Shown: in pieces, positions 28,101 to 35,859 of the stretch
Layout of the letters: every line of letters starts with the position of its first letter
Numbering within the stretch: the first letter of the stretch is position 1
DNA from: Gammaproteobacteria bacterium
GTDB lineage: Bacteria; Pseudomonadota; Gammaproteobacteria; Steroidobacterales; JABDMI01
Direction of reading: 5' to 3'
Assembly (NCBI GenBank): GCA_013001575.1
Contig: JABDMI010000071.1
Location: 1,171 to 65,170, forward strand
Length of the DNA stretch: 64,000 nucleotides
Notes under the pieces: model-generated
Database searches by the model: none
What the model was told of the DNA's origin: nothing
The model's input: the letters and a program-made list of their open reading frames with translations, nothing else
Position numbers and translations under genes: made by a program

Positions 28101-28391
28101 ATGTTTATCAGAAACAAAAAAACCATCAAAACATTACTAGTTTTATCACTCGCACTTGGCCTGTCCGGCTGTAATTATGAAACTGCGGCATGCATTCAAA
28201 GTGTAATGACCCACAATTCTAAAATAATCAAAAATGGAAAGATTATCAAGAACGGAAAAATTATAAAGAATGGAAAAGCAAGCTCAAATCCAGCTCCATT
28301 ATCTTACAGTTCTTGCATGGCCAGCTCTGAAAGTGGTAACTCAAAAATTATTAAAAACGGAAAAATCATAAAGAATGGAAAAAGTAGATAA
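28101..28391 (+). CDS. Small lipoprotein with five KIIKNG hexapeptide repeats
   Basis: Signal peptide with lipobox LSG/C (Cys24). Repeats KIIKNG x3 and x2, each preceded by NS. SD-like AAGGTG upstream and a strong terminator downstream. All nucleotide differences among the repeats are synonymous. Confidence 0.7.
   Translation: MFIRNKKTIKTLLVLSLALGLSGCNYETAACIQSVMTHNSKIIKNGKIIKNGKIIKNGKASSNPAPLSYSSCMASSESGNSKIIKNGKIIKNGKSR
28221..28274 (+). repeat. Three tandem 18-bp coding repeats (KIIKNG x3)
   Basis: aaaataatcaaaaatgga / aagattatcaagaacgga / aaaattataaagaatgga. Confidence 0.95.
28344..28379 (+). repeat. Two tandem 18-bp coding repeats (KIIKNG x2)
   Basis: aaaattattaaaaacgga / aaaatcataaagaatgga. 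Confidence 0.95.
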
Positions 28392-28463
28392 AGTCTACTG
28401 AATAACTACAGAATACGCTCCGAGATGTCACGACGACAGTCAACATACATCTCAAATCTTTAC

Positions 28464-28487
28464 GGCCCCTTCGGGGGCCGTTTTTTT
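28464..28487 (+). terminator. Rho-independent terminator after the lipoprotein gene
   Basis: GGCCCC-TTCG-GGGGCC hairpin followed by TTTTTTT. Confidence 0.85.
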
Positions 28488-28499
28488 GTAGAGTTTAAG

Positions 28500-29210
28500 T
28501 TAAATTTTAACTTCCAGCGCTTTGCCCAGAAAGCGCATTAACGGCATAGCAGCTTTATAAGTCTCGGAAACTTCAGTAACAATGTCTGGTGATTTGGCTG
28601 TTTTCATGGGCACCGAACGCATCAGGTAAAAACTTTTGCGTTTTAAGTCCTCAATATGCTGATGCTCCTTATCAAATCCTCGCGGTGGCCGGGTTAATCC
28701 ATCTCCTGCAATACCCTCAGGAAAATACTTTTTGATTTTTGCATTCTTTTTAACGTTGCTCCAGGCACGTGGATTATCCACAATGTATTGGCGAATTTTA
28801 TGCAGGGAATCAGAATCAGCCATCCACACGCCCCCGCCAAAAAATACATTGCCCGGCTCTAAATGAAAATAAAACCCGGGTGCGTGGGCGTCTCGCCCCA
28901 GCTCGTGACGAAATTGACAGCCCACATGCTCTTTATAAGGGTCCTTATTTTTGCTAAAACGGGTATCGCGATAAATACGAAACATCGAACCATTATGTGC
29001 CTTGGCCTTGACCAGAATATGCGGTGAGATCTTGTGTAGTTTTGGTTTAAGTGCGTCCATGAATTGCAACACCGGTTCAACCACATCGGATTGATAACGG
29101 GGTTTATTTTCGGTAAACCAGTCGCGATTATTATTCGCTTTCAGATCCTTGATGAACTTGAAAAGTTTTGGTTTGAAACCTTTGAATTCTGACCCATTGT
29201 GATCTGACAT
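28500..29210 (-). CDS. DUF2461 (TIGR02453) family protein
   Basis: Motifs NNNRDWF, FRIYRDTRFSKNKDPYK and GGGVW are typical of this family. Confidence 0.7.
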   Translation of the reverse strand: MSDHNGSEFKGFKPKLFKFIKDLKANNNRDWFTENKPRYQSDVVEPVLQFMDALKPKLHKISPHILVKAKAHNGSMFRIYRDTRFSKNKDPYKEHVGCQFRHELGRDAHAPGFYFHLEPGNVFFGGGVWMADSDSLHKIRQYIVDNPRAWSNVKKNAKIKKYFPEGIAGDGLTRPPRGFDKEHQHIEDLKRKSFYLMRSVPMKTAKSPDIVTEVSETYKAAMPLMRFLGKALEVKI

Positions 29211-29223
29211 ATGTTTTCCGTAT

Positions 29224-29709
29224 TTAATCCAGAGACTTTAAAAACGCCTCGGCCAATTTCTCAACGCCAATGCGATCGGCGTCGGTAAAGCGAGCCACCA
29301 TGGGGCTATCAATATCCAGAACACCCAGTAACTCACCGTTCTTGATCAATGGCACCACTATCTCGGATCGGGTTGCGGCATCACAGGCAATATGGCCGTC
29401 AAATTGATGCACATCTTTGACTACCTGGGATTTTCGTGTGTACGCAGCGGTGCCACAAACGCCTTTGCCAAGTTCAATGCGAATGCACGCCGGCATGCCA
29501 TGAAAAGGCCCCAAAACCAGTTCATTGTTTTTATAAAAATAGAACCCGGCCCAATTCACGTTTTCCAGCGAGTTATAGATCAAGGACGACAAATTTGCCG
29601 CATTCGCGATCATATCGTTTTCATCATGAAACAAGCCCTGCGCCTGCATCAAAAGTGATTCGTAAATGGCAACTTTTCCGATTTTTTTCGGTTTTTCAAT
29701 AACAAACAT
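29224..29709 (-). CDS. GAF domain protein, free methionine-(R)-sulfoxide reductase-like (YebR/MsrC family)
   Basis: About 160 aa single GAF domain with NWAGFYF...LVLGPFHG.PAC..I..GKGVCG pattern. Confidence 0.7.
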   Translation of the reverse strand: MFVIEKPKKIGKVAIYESLLMQAQGLFHDENDMIANAANLSSLIYNSLENVNWAGFYFYKNNELVLGPFHGMPACIRIELGKGVCGTAAYTRKSQVVKDVHQFDGHIACDAATRSEIVVPLIKNGELLGVLDIDSPMVARFTDADRIGVEKLAEAFLKSLD

Positions 29710-29732
29710 AACTATAGCAAACTTTTTAAGGT

Positions 29733-30719
29733 TTAAATACGCTCTACAGGAAATGCCATTACATCTTTAATCGAGTTTTTTTGCAAGGCCAACATGATCA
29801 AACGATCAACCCCCAAGGCAACCCCCGCACACTCTGGCAAGCCGGAACGCATGGCCTCGAGTAAATACTTGTCTACAGGCATTGGCGATTTTCCAAGTGC
29901 CACACGCCGTTGATTATCCTGTAAAAACCGTTGTGCCAACAATTCGGCATCCTGTACCTCGTCATAGCCATTGGCTATTTCAACGCCCTCCACAAAGACC
30001 TCAAAACGTGCCGCCACATTACGCCCTTGTGCATCTTTCTGGATCTTGGCCAAGGCCGCTTGTGAGGCCGGGTACCCCTGTATAAGCGTAATTCGTCGTG
30101 AAGCTTCTGATGCTGACCTTAGATTTGGGAACACCAAGGTGCTGACCAATAGATCGAGACAAGAACTAAAGTCATCGGTCAGACCACCCGGAATATCAAT
30201 GTGTTTCTGATTCAGCACTTCTTGAATTTCACTCACACTGGTATCAAACACATCTATGCCAGTGTACTCATGCACAACATCCGCATAGCTATAGTGTTGA
30301 ACCTCAACATCACAATCCATGATCTCACGGGCCAGTTCTATCACTTCATGCGCAAGATCCTTGATCGAAAACCCAATTCGATACCACTCCAGCATAGTGA
30401 ATTCGGGATTGTGCTTTTCGCCACTTTCACCCTGCCTGAATACCGGGCCAAGATAGAAACAATCCCCGATGCCAGCTGCCAACAGGCGTTTCATCGGGTA
30501 TTCGGGCGAGGTGTGTAAAAACGTTTTTCCGGACAAAAGTTTTACCGGAATACTGTCGATATGGACTTCGGTCACACTCGATGAACTCAGGCATGGAACC
30601 TGCACTTCGAGCACATTGCGCGCAGCAAAAAAAGCACGAATATTTTGCAATATCCGCGCTCTGTGTTTAAGGGTTTGCAGCGACGCCGTGGGTCGCCAAA
30701 GCTCAGACTCGAATGTCAT
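29733..30719 (-). CDS. epmA: EF-P lysine34 beta-lysyltransferase (PoxA/GenX)
   Basis: Truncated class II LysRS-like catalytic domain (FTMLEWY, GVALGVDRL); directly downstream of efp. Confidence 0.9.
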   Translation of the reverse strand: MTFESELWRPTASLQTLKHRARILQNIRAFFAARNVLEVQVPCLSSSSVTEVHIDSIPVKLLSGKTFLHTSPEYPMKRLLAAGIGDCFYLGPVFRQGESGEKHNPEFTMLEWYRIGFSIKDLAHEVIELAREIMDCDVEVQHYSYADVVHEYTGIDVFDTSVSEIQEVLNQKHIDIPGGLTDDFSSCLDLLVSTLVFPNLRSASEASRRITLIQGYPASQAALAKIQKDAQGRNVAARFEVFVEGVEIANGYDEVQDAELLAQRFLQDNQRRVALGKSPMPVDKYLLEAMRSGLPECAGVALGVDRLIMLALQKNSIKDVMAFPVERI

Positions 30720-30722
30720 GCC

Positions 30723-31292
30723 TCAAGATTTGGCTCGCGAAGAATATTCACCGCTGCGCGTATCCACACGGATCACTTCACCTTCATCCACAAACAAGGG
30801 AACTTGCACAACCGCGCCGGTTTCCAGGGTAGCGGGTTTGGAGCCGCCTTGTGCGGTGTCACCCTTCAGTCCGGGATCCGTTTGGGTAATTTTGAGCTCG
30901 ACAAAATTGGGAGGCACGACGGTGATCGGGTTTCCATTCCACAAGGTAACGGTACACATGTCTTCTTCGAGTAACCATTTGGCCGCATCAGCAACAGCAT
31001 TTTCATCGGCACCAAATTGTTCAAATGTATTTGGGTCCATGAAATGATAAAACTCACCATCGTTATACAAATATTGCATATCGGTTTCCATTACATCAGC
31101 CGCTTCCACCGATTCACCAGATCTAAAGGTTTTTTCAATTACGCGTCCATTTTTCAGGTTGCGCACCCGCACGCGACTGAAGGCTTGACCTTTTCCAGGC
31201 TTAACAAAGGTGTTTTCTACGATTGTATATGGGTCGCCGTCGAGCATGATCTTGAGACCACCCTTGAATTCATTGGTACTATACGTAGCCAT
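30723..31292 (-). CDS. efp: Elongation factor P
   Basis: [19 protein letters not shown]...VKPGKGQAF (modifiable Lys in the PGKGQ loop). Start at the internal ATG with GGAG SD; the ORF-track N-terminal extension is rejected. Confidence 0.95.
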   Translation of the reverse strand: MATYSTNEFKGGLKIMLDGDPYTIVENTFVKPGKGQAFSRVRVRNLKNGRVIEKTFRSGESVEAADVMETDMQYLYNDGEFYHFMDPNTFEQFGADENAVADAAKWLLEEDMCTVTLWNGNPITVVPPNFVELKITQTDPGLKGDTAQGGSKPATLETGAVVQVPLFVDEGEVIRVDTRSGEYSSRAKS

Positions 31293-31323
31293 TATTTCTC
31301 CACATGACAGATTGAAAAAAGCC

Positions 31324-32358
31324 ATGATAACGCCTTTAAGCAATAAACGCCTGATAAATAACACTGCTTGGTCTAAAAAACATACCACAGACTGGCAAGC
31401 CCAGATGCGCGATGCGGTGACAGAACCAACAATGCTTTTAGATTTATTGGATATACCTCATGCATTACTAACTAAAGCCAACCAGGCGCATGCCTTGTTT
31501 CCGCTGAAAGTTCCGAAGGCGTATGTGTCACGCATGCAAAAAGGGAATATCAATGACCCGCTGTTACAACAGGTTCTACCGCTGGGTACGGAGACCGACG
31601 AGCATCCAGATTTCACCCAAGACCCGGTGGCCGACCTGCAACACAATCCTGTCCCGGGTATTGTGCATAAGTATTCGGGTCGGGTCCTAATGATTACGAC
31701 CGGGGCGTGTGCCGTGCATTGTCGCTATTGCTTTCGTCGCAATTTTCCCTACTCGGAACAAAGTGCCGCGCGTCAAGGCTGGCAAGGTGCACTGGATTAC
31801 ATTCGAGCTGACAAAAGTATTCACGAAGTGATCTTGTCGGGTGGCGACCCCTTATCTTTAAGTAATAACAAACTGGATAATTTGTTCACTGAACTTGATA
31901 ACATCACGCACCTGAAAACAATCCGTTTGCACACACGTCAACCCATCGTATTACCGGATCGTATTGATACCGGATTCTTGCAATTAATTTCTCGCCAGAC
32001 TAAAAACCTCGTCATGGTCTTGCACGCAAATCATGCCAATGAAATTGATGATACGGTGCGGGCTGTGTGTGAGCAATTACTCGCGCAAGGTGTAACTATG
32101 TTGAATCAGTCTGTATTGCTCAGAAATATTAATGATGAACCAGAGACATTGATTGAATTAAGTCATGCCTTGTTTAGTTGCGGGGTTTTGCCCTATTATC
32201 TGAATTTACTGGACCAGGTCAGAGGGGCAAGCCATTTTGCGGTATGTCAGACCCAAGCCAAAGAAATCCACACCAGTATGCAAAAAATTCTTCCTGGATA
32301 TCTGGTTCCCAAATTGGTCAAGGATTCACCCACAATCCCATATAAAACCTGGCTTTAA
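31324..32358 (+). CDS. epmB: EF-P beta-lysylation protein EpmB (lysine 2,3-aminomutase-like radical SAM)
   Basis: [11 protein letters not shown] radical SAM motif. The N-terminus lines up with my recollection of E. coli EpmB when started at 31324. Divergent from efp. Confidence 0.9.
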   Translation: MITPLSNKRLINNTAWSKKHTTDWQAQMRDAVTEPTMLLDLLDIPHALLTKANQAHALFPLKVPKAYVSRMQKGNINDPLLQQVLPLGTETDEHPDFTQDPVADLQHNPVPGIVHKYSGRVLMITTGACAVHCRYCFRRNFPYSEQSAARQGWQGALDYIRADKSIHEVILSGGDPLSLSNNKLDNLFTELDNITHLKTIRLHTRQPIVLPDRIDTGFLQLISRQTKNLVMVLHANHANEIDDTVRAVCEQLLAQGVTMLNQSVLLRNINDEPETLIELSHALFSCGVLPYYLNLLDQVRGASHFAVCQTQAKEIHTSMQKILPGYLVPKLVKDSPTIPYKTWL

Positions 32359-32522
32359 TCTTGGTTCCTGGCTGCTTTAATTCAGCATGAATAATGTTAC
32401 ACTTGACGGCTAGCCTGGGACGTGGCTGGCTGGACCTGGTCATGAATAATCGCGCCGATCCAATTTGATAATAAAACCAACGCAAGATCAAATAACAATC
32501 AATGGAAAACCTATAACAAGTC

Positions 32523-34574
32523 ATGCTGCCAGAAAGAATTACAATCGCAATCATCTCGCCATTTGAAGATGACTCAGTGCATATCAATAGCACCTTGAGA
32601 AATGCTGGAATTACCGTGCATTCGATCTGGTCAAAGAACGAAGAGGATTGCCTGGATGCTTTGCGAGACAATAAATTGCATTTGATATTTCTACGTACCA
32701 AGAATTTCTCGGCCGCCGACGAAAAAATTGTGGATGAGATCAAAGCAATTCAGAAATACATTCCGGTGATCATGATCCATGAAGAGGTCAACCAAAAAAC
32801 CCTGACTATCTGTTTACAAATGGGCGCCCATGATCTGGTCTCGATGGAATACCCCGACCGACTTACTATTTTAACTTGTCGTGAGTTGGGCAGTTATCTG
32901 AAAGCCAGAGAGCTCTTAGAGTTGCGTAAAAGCATTGGAAATTACGAAGAACAATTACAAGTATTGAAATCTGAATCAACCCTGCCTGCCATTGTTTTGA
33001 TGGACGGGATCATAGTTGACGCTAATAAACCGGCTATTTCTTTACTCAGCCCGGACCCGCACAATGATCTACACAGCAGTCCGATCCTGGATTACGTGAA
33101 TCCTGCAGAACAGGTGATTCTGCGTGGCGCACTGAAAGCCGCACGCCAGGGCAATTTTAAACAGGATCAAATTGCCATAAAGATCCTGAATGCGGAAAAA
33201 GAACCGGTCCGCATGACCTGCCTGATCGAACCATATAATTTTGATGACGAGGACTGCATCCGCATGTGCCTCAAAGAAATACCGGTAGCCCAAATAGTTT
33301 CAGGTGATTCCATCCAGCTTGACCCATTGACCAAGATCTATCATCGCAAACAATTCTTGAATATTGCCCAGGAAACCTTGAAGGAACCTCTAGATACGGG
33401 TATCCGGGCCATGCTGTATTTGAAAATTGATGACTTTAAATCACTGCAAGAGCGCGTAGGCATTCTGCACGTGGATGTGGCACTCGAGTGTTTCGCCAAA
33501 GCGATAAAAGAAACTGTTTCCAAGGGTGACATCTATGCACGTTTTGGCGGTAACACCTTTTCAATACTTACTCAAAAAGGCAGTGAAGCCGATGTTTTAT
33601 CCTGGGCCAAGCATTTTCAAAACCATTTAAAAGAACATAAATGCGAGATTAACGGAAAAACAATTGCCCTCAGTTGCTCTATCGGCATTGCTGTGTGGCA
33701 ACAAGAAAGTGATAACATCAGTGATCTGATCCAACGTGCCAAAGACGCATCCGTTGAAGTCCGTAAAACCGGATTAGGCAAGATCAAGATCGATAAACAT
33801 TACGAACAAACCGTCATGAAATCCAAAGCCTTCGATCTGGAATGGGTCAGCCGTATTAAACAGGCATTGCTGCAAAACCGTTTTCAATTGTTCCAGTTTC
33901 CGATCAGTAGTTTGCGCATGACCAGTAAGAACATGATCGATGTGTATATTCGCATGCTGGACGAAGAGCAAAACGTTATTCTTCCTAATGTGTTCATGCC
34001 CACGGCCGAGAGAAACAATCTGAGCAAAAGTCTGGATCGCTGGGTGGTAGGAGCTTCTATTAAATATTGCCAGCAATATCCGGATGCCAAGTTATTCGTA
34101 AGACTTTCCAGACAGTCACTGCAAGATGAAGAATTATTGCCCTGGGCTAAATCGATAATCTCAAAGCATAACATCCAGAATGACAATCTGGTGTTTGAGG
34201 CCGTCGAAAAGGATATTTTCGACCTCGAAAAATCAGGCGTCTCCTTGCAAAAACGCTTTAAAGAATTTCGCAGAGAAGGCTTTGGTCTGGCCATTGAACA
34301 TTTTGGCAAACACCCGTCACACATTACTTTACTGGACGAATACGAGATCGATTACCTCAAGATTGACAGCACATTAATCCAGGGTCTCACGGAAAATCGT
34401 GACCGCCAGAAGATCGTTAAAGCCTTGTGCAAAATGGCGAATAAAAAACAAATTGCAACCATCGCAGAACATGTTGAGACTGCCGACACCATGGCGGTAC
34501 TGTATCAACTAGGGGCGGATTATATGCAAGGCAAATTCACCCTCGAACCCGAGGTCGTTCTGGAAAGCGATTGA
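32523..34574 (+). CDS. FimX-like REC(degenerate)-PAS-GGDEF(degenerate)-EAL(degenerate) c-di-GMP signalling protein
   Basis: 683 aa. N-terminal receiver-like fold lacking the phospho-acceptor Asp (LIFLRTKN). GGNTF in place of GGDEF (33546-33560). DVY in place of EAL (33939-33947), and EHFG in place of DDFG. Confidence 0.75.
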   Translation: MLPERITIAIISPFEDDSVHINSTLRNAGITVHSIWSKNEEDCLDALRDNKLHLIFLRTKNFSAADEKIVDEIKAIQKYIPVIMIHEEVNQKTLTICLQMGAHDLVSMEYPDRLTILTCRELGSYLKARELLELRKSIGNYEEQLQVLKSESTLPAIVLMDGIIVDANKPAISLLSPDPHNDLHSSPILDYVNPAEQVILRGALKAARQGNFKQDQIAIKILNAEKEPVRMTCLIEPYNFDDEDCIRMCLKEIPVAQIVSGDSIQLDPLTKIYHRKQFLNIAQETLKEPLDTGIRAMLYLKIDDFKSLQERVGILHVDVALECFAKAIKETVSKGDIYARFGGNTFSILTQKGSEADVLSWAKHFQNHLKEHKCEINGKTIALSCSIGIAVWQQESDNISDLIQRAKDASVEVRKTGLGKIKIDKHYEQTVMKSKAFDLEWVSRIKQALLQNRFQLFQFPISSLRMTSKNMIDVYIRMLDEEQNVILPNVFMPTAERNNLSKSLDRWVVGASIKYCQQYPDAKLFVRLSRQSLQDEELLPWAKSIISKHNIQNDNLVFEAVEKDIFDLEKSGVSLQKRFKEFRREGFGLAIEHFGKHPSHITLLDEYEIDYLKIDSTLIQGLTENRDRQKIVKALCKMANKKQIATIAEHVETADTMAVLYQLGADYMQGKFTLEPEVVLESD

Positions 34575-34613
34575 TCAAAATTTACCGTGTAAAACTACAA
34601 CACCTGTGCACAT

Positions 34614-34641
34614 AAAAAAGCTGTCAAAAGACAGCTTTTTT
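34614..34641. terminator. Bidirectional rho-independent terminator between the FimX-like gene and htpX
   Basis: AAAAAAGCTGTC-AAAA-GACAGCTTTTTT, with an A run and a T run flanking a 7-bp GC-containing stem. Confidence 0.8.
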
Positions 34642-34668
34642 ATTATTTTGAGGTAATCCGTTTGGATC

Positions 34669-35535
34669 TTAACGAACGGTATTGTCAAGATTTTGCAGTC
34701 TGGCAATTCTTTCTTCCAAAGGAGGGTGGGTCGAGAACAACTTTCTCCAGTTTTTCGGTACCAGTCCGCTAATACCCATAGCCTGCATTTGTTTTGGTAA
34801 AGCAGCGGGTTGATGCACTTGTTGCAGGCGTTGCAAGGCACCGATCATGTGACCGCGTCCAGCCATACTGGCTGCACCGGCATCCGCGCGAAACTCGCGT
34901 TGGCGTGAAAACCAGCTTTTGATTATTTCGGCAAAAAACCCCAAAACCGTTTGCGCGATCATATAAGTCACAAAGTACCCAATGCCCCTACCTCGGTTTC
35001 CATCCACCATTTGACCGATCATTCGCGCCACGAAGATCACAAAGGTATTCAGAATACCTTGCAACAAGGTCATGGTAACCATGTCGCCATTGGCCACATG
35101 CGCAACCTCATGCGCCAGAACCCCTTCGACCGATTGGCGATCCATGTTCTGTAACAAGCCGGTACTCACGGCGACCAGGGCATCGTTCTTTTTAGCACCG
35201 GTGGCAAACGCATTCACATCGCTGGATTCATAGATTGCCACATCCGGCATTTTGATACCGGACTCGTTGGCAAAGCGTTGCACACTACTGACCAACCAGG
35301 CTTCAACGTCATTGCTCGGGGTAGTTATGACTTTCGCACCAGTCGATCTTAAGGCGCTGGACTTGGACATGAACAGGGAAATAAACGCCCCCACCATGCC
35401 CACGGCAAAGGAAAAAACCAAAATATTGGTCATATCGGTGCCCAGATACTGGTCTACACCGAGAATCCGCAACATGATGGTAAGGACAAAGATCACGGCC
35501 ATATTGGTGGCACCAAATAACAAAAATCGCTTCAT
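34669..35535 (-). CDS. htpX: Zinc metalloprotease HtpX
   Basis: HEVAHV zinc motif, four TM segments, typical HtpX N-terminus MKRFLLFGATNMAV. Confidence 0.92.
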   Translation of the reverse strand: MKRFLLFGATNMAVIFVLTIMLRILGVDQYLGTDMTNILVFSFAVGMVGAFISLFMSKSSALRSTGAKVITTPSNDVEAWLVSSVQRFANESGIKMPDVAIYESSDVNAFATGAKKNDALVAVSTGLLQNMDRQSVEGVLAHEVAHVANGDMVTMTLLQGILNTFVIFVARMIGQMVDGNRGRGIGYFVTYMIAQTVLGFFAEIIKSWFSRQREFRADAGAASMAGRGHMIGALQRLQQVHQPAALPKQMQAMGISGLVPKNWRKLFSTHPPLEERIARLQNLDNTVR

Positions 35536-35603
35536 ATTCGCTCGCTCGTAGTAAAAATTTATTGTTGCACAGCGGCAAAATCATTAGCTGCTGAATAACC
35601 CTT

Positions 35604-35631
35604 AGATAGTCATTGTTGTAAATATTTCAAG
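35604..35631 (-). promoter_or_regulatory. Candidate sigma32 (heat-shock) promoter for htpX
   Basis: Minus strand CTTGAAA (35625-35631), 13-nt spacer, GACTATCT (35604-35611), compared with the consensus CTTGAAA-N13-17-CCCCATNT. E. coli htpX is sigma32-dependent. Confidence 0.45.
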
Positions 35632-35859
35632 CAATTTTGATAAAAAACATGAACTGCGTCACAAAAATTCCCTAAAAACCTTAAAAAATCAAGATTTTAG
35701 CTAGAGTATGGCGCTTTTTTAAACTATCATAAGACGGTATGAATTATATACCTCTTTGTTGGGAATACAGGCTGTTTCACCTTATTAACCTAAAAGTGAA
35801 ATTTCCCGACAATTTTGAAGATTAATTATCACTGGGTGTTATTCGAGAGAGCAACCGTT

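Noticed and set aside
28221-28379. The 18-bp tandem repeats as a CRISPR-like or non-coding satellite array
   Set aside because: - There are no spacers.
- The unit length is a multiple of three and in frame with a lipoprotein ORF.
- All variation is synonymous.

Together these indicate a coding repeat.
30469-31047. 192-aa plus-strand ORF spanning the epmA/efp junction
   Set aside because: It is antisense to two strongly supported genes and crosses their boundary, so it is a shadow ORF.
32388-32452. 10-bp direct repeat CATGAATAAT occurring twice upstream of the FimX-like gene
   Set aside because: This is a single pair of short AT-rich repeats 55 bp apart. That is compatible with chance in an AT-rich spacer, and no further structure supports it.
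32318-32743. 141-aa minus-strand ORF across the epmB / FimX-like intergenic region
   Set aside because: It overlaps the ends of two supported plus-strand genes and has no motif or RBS.
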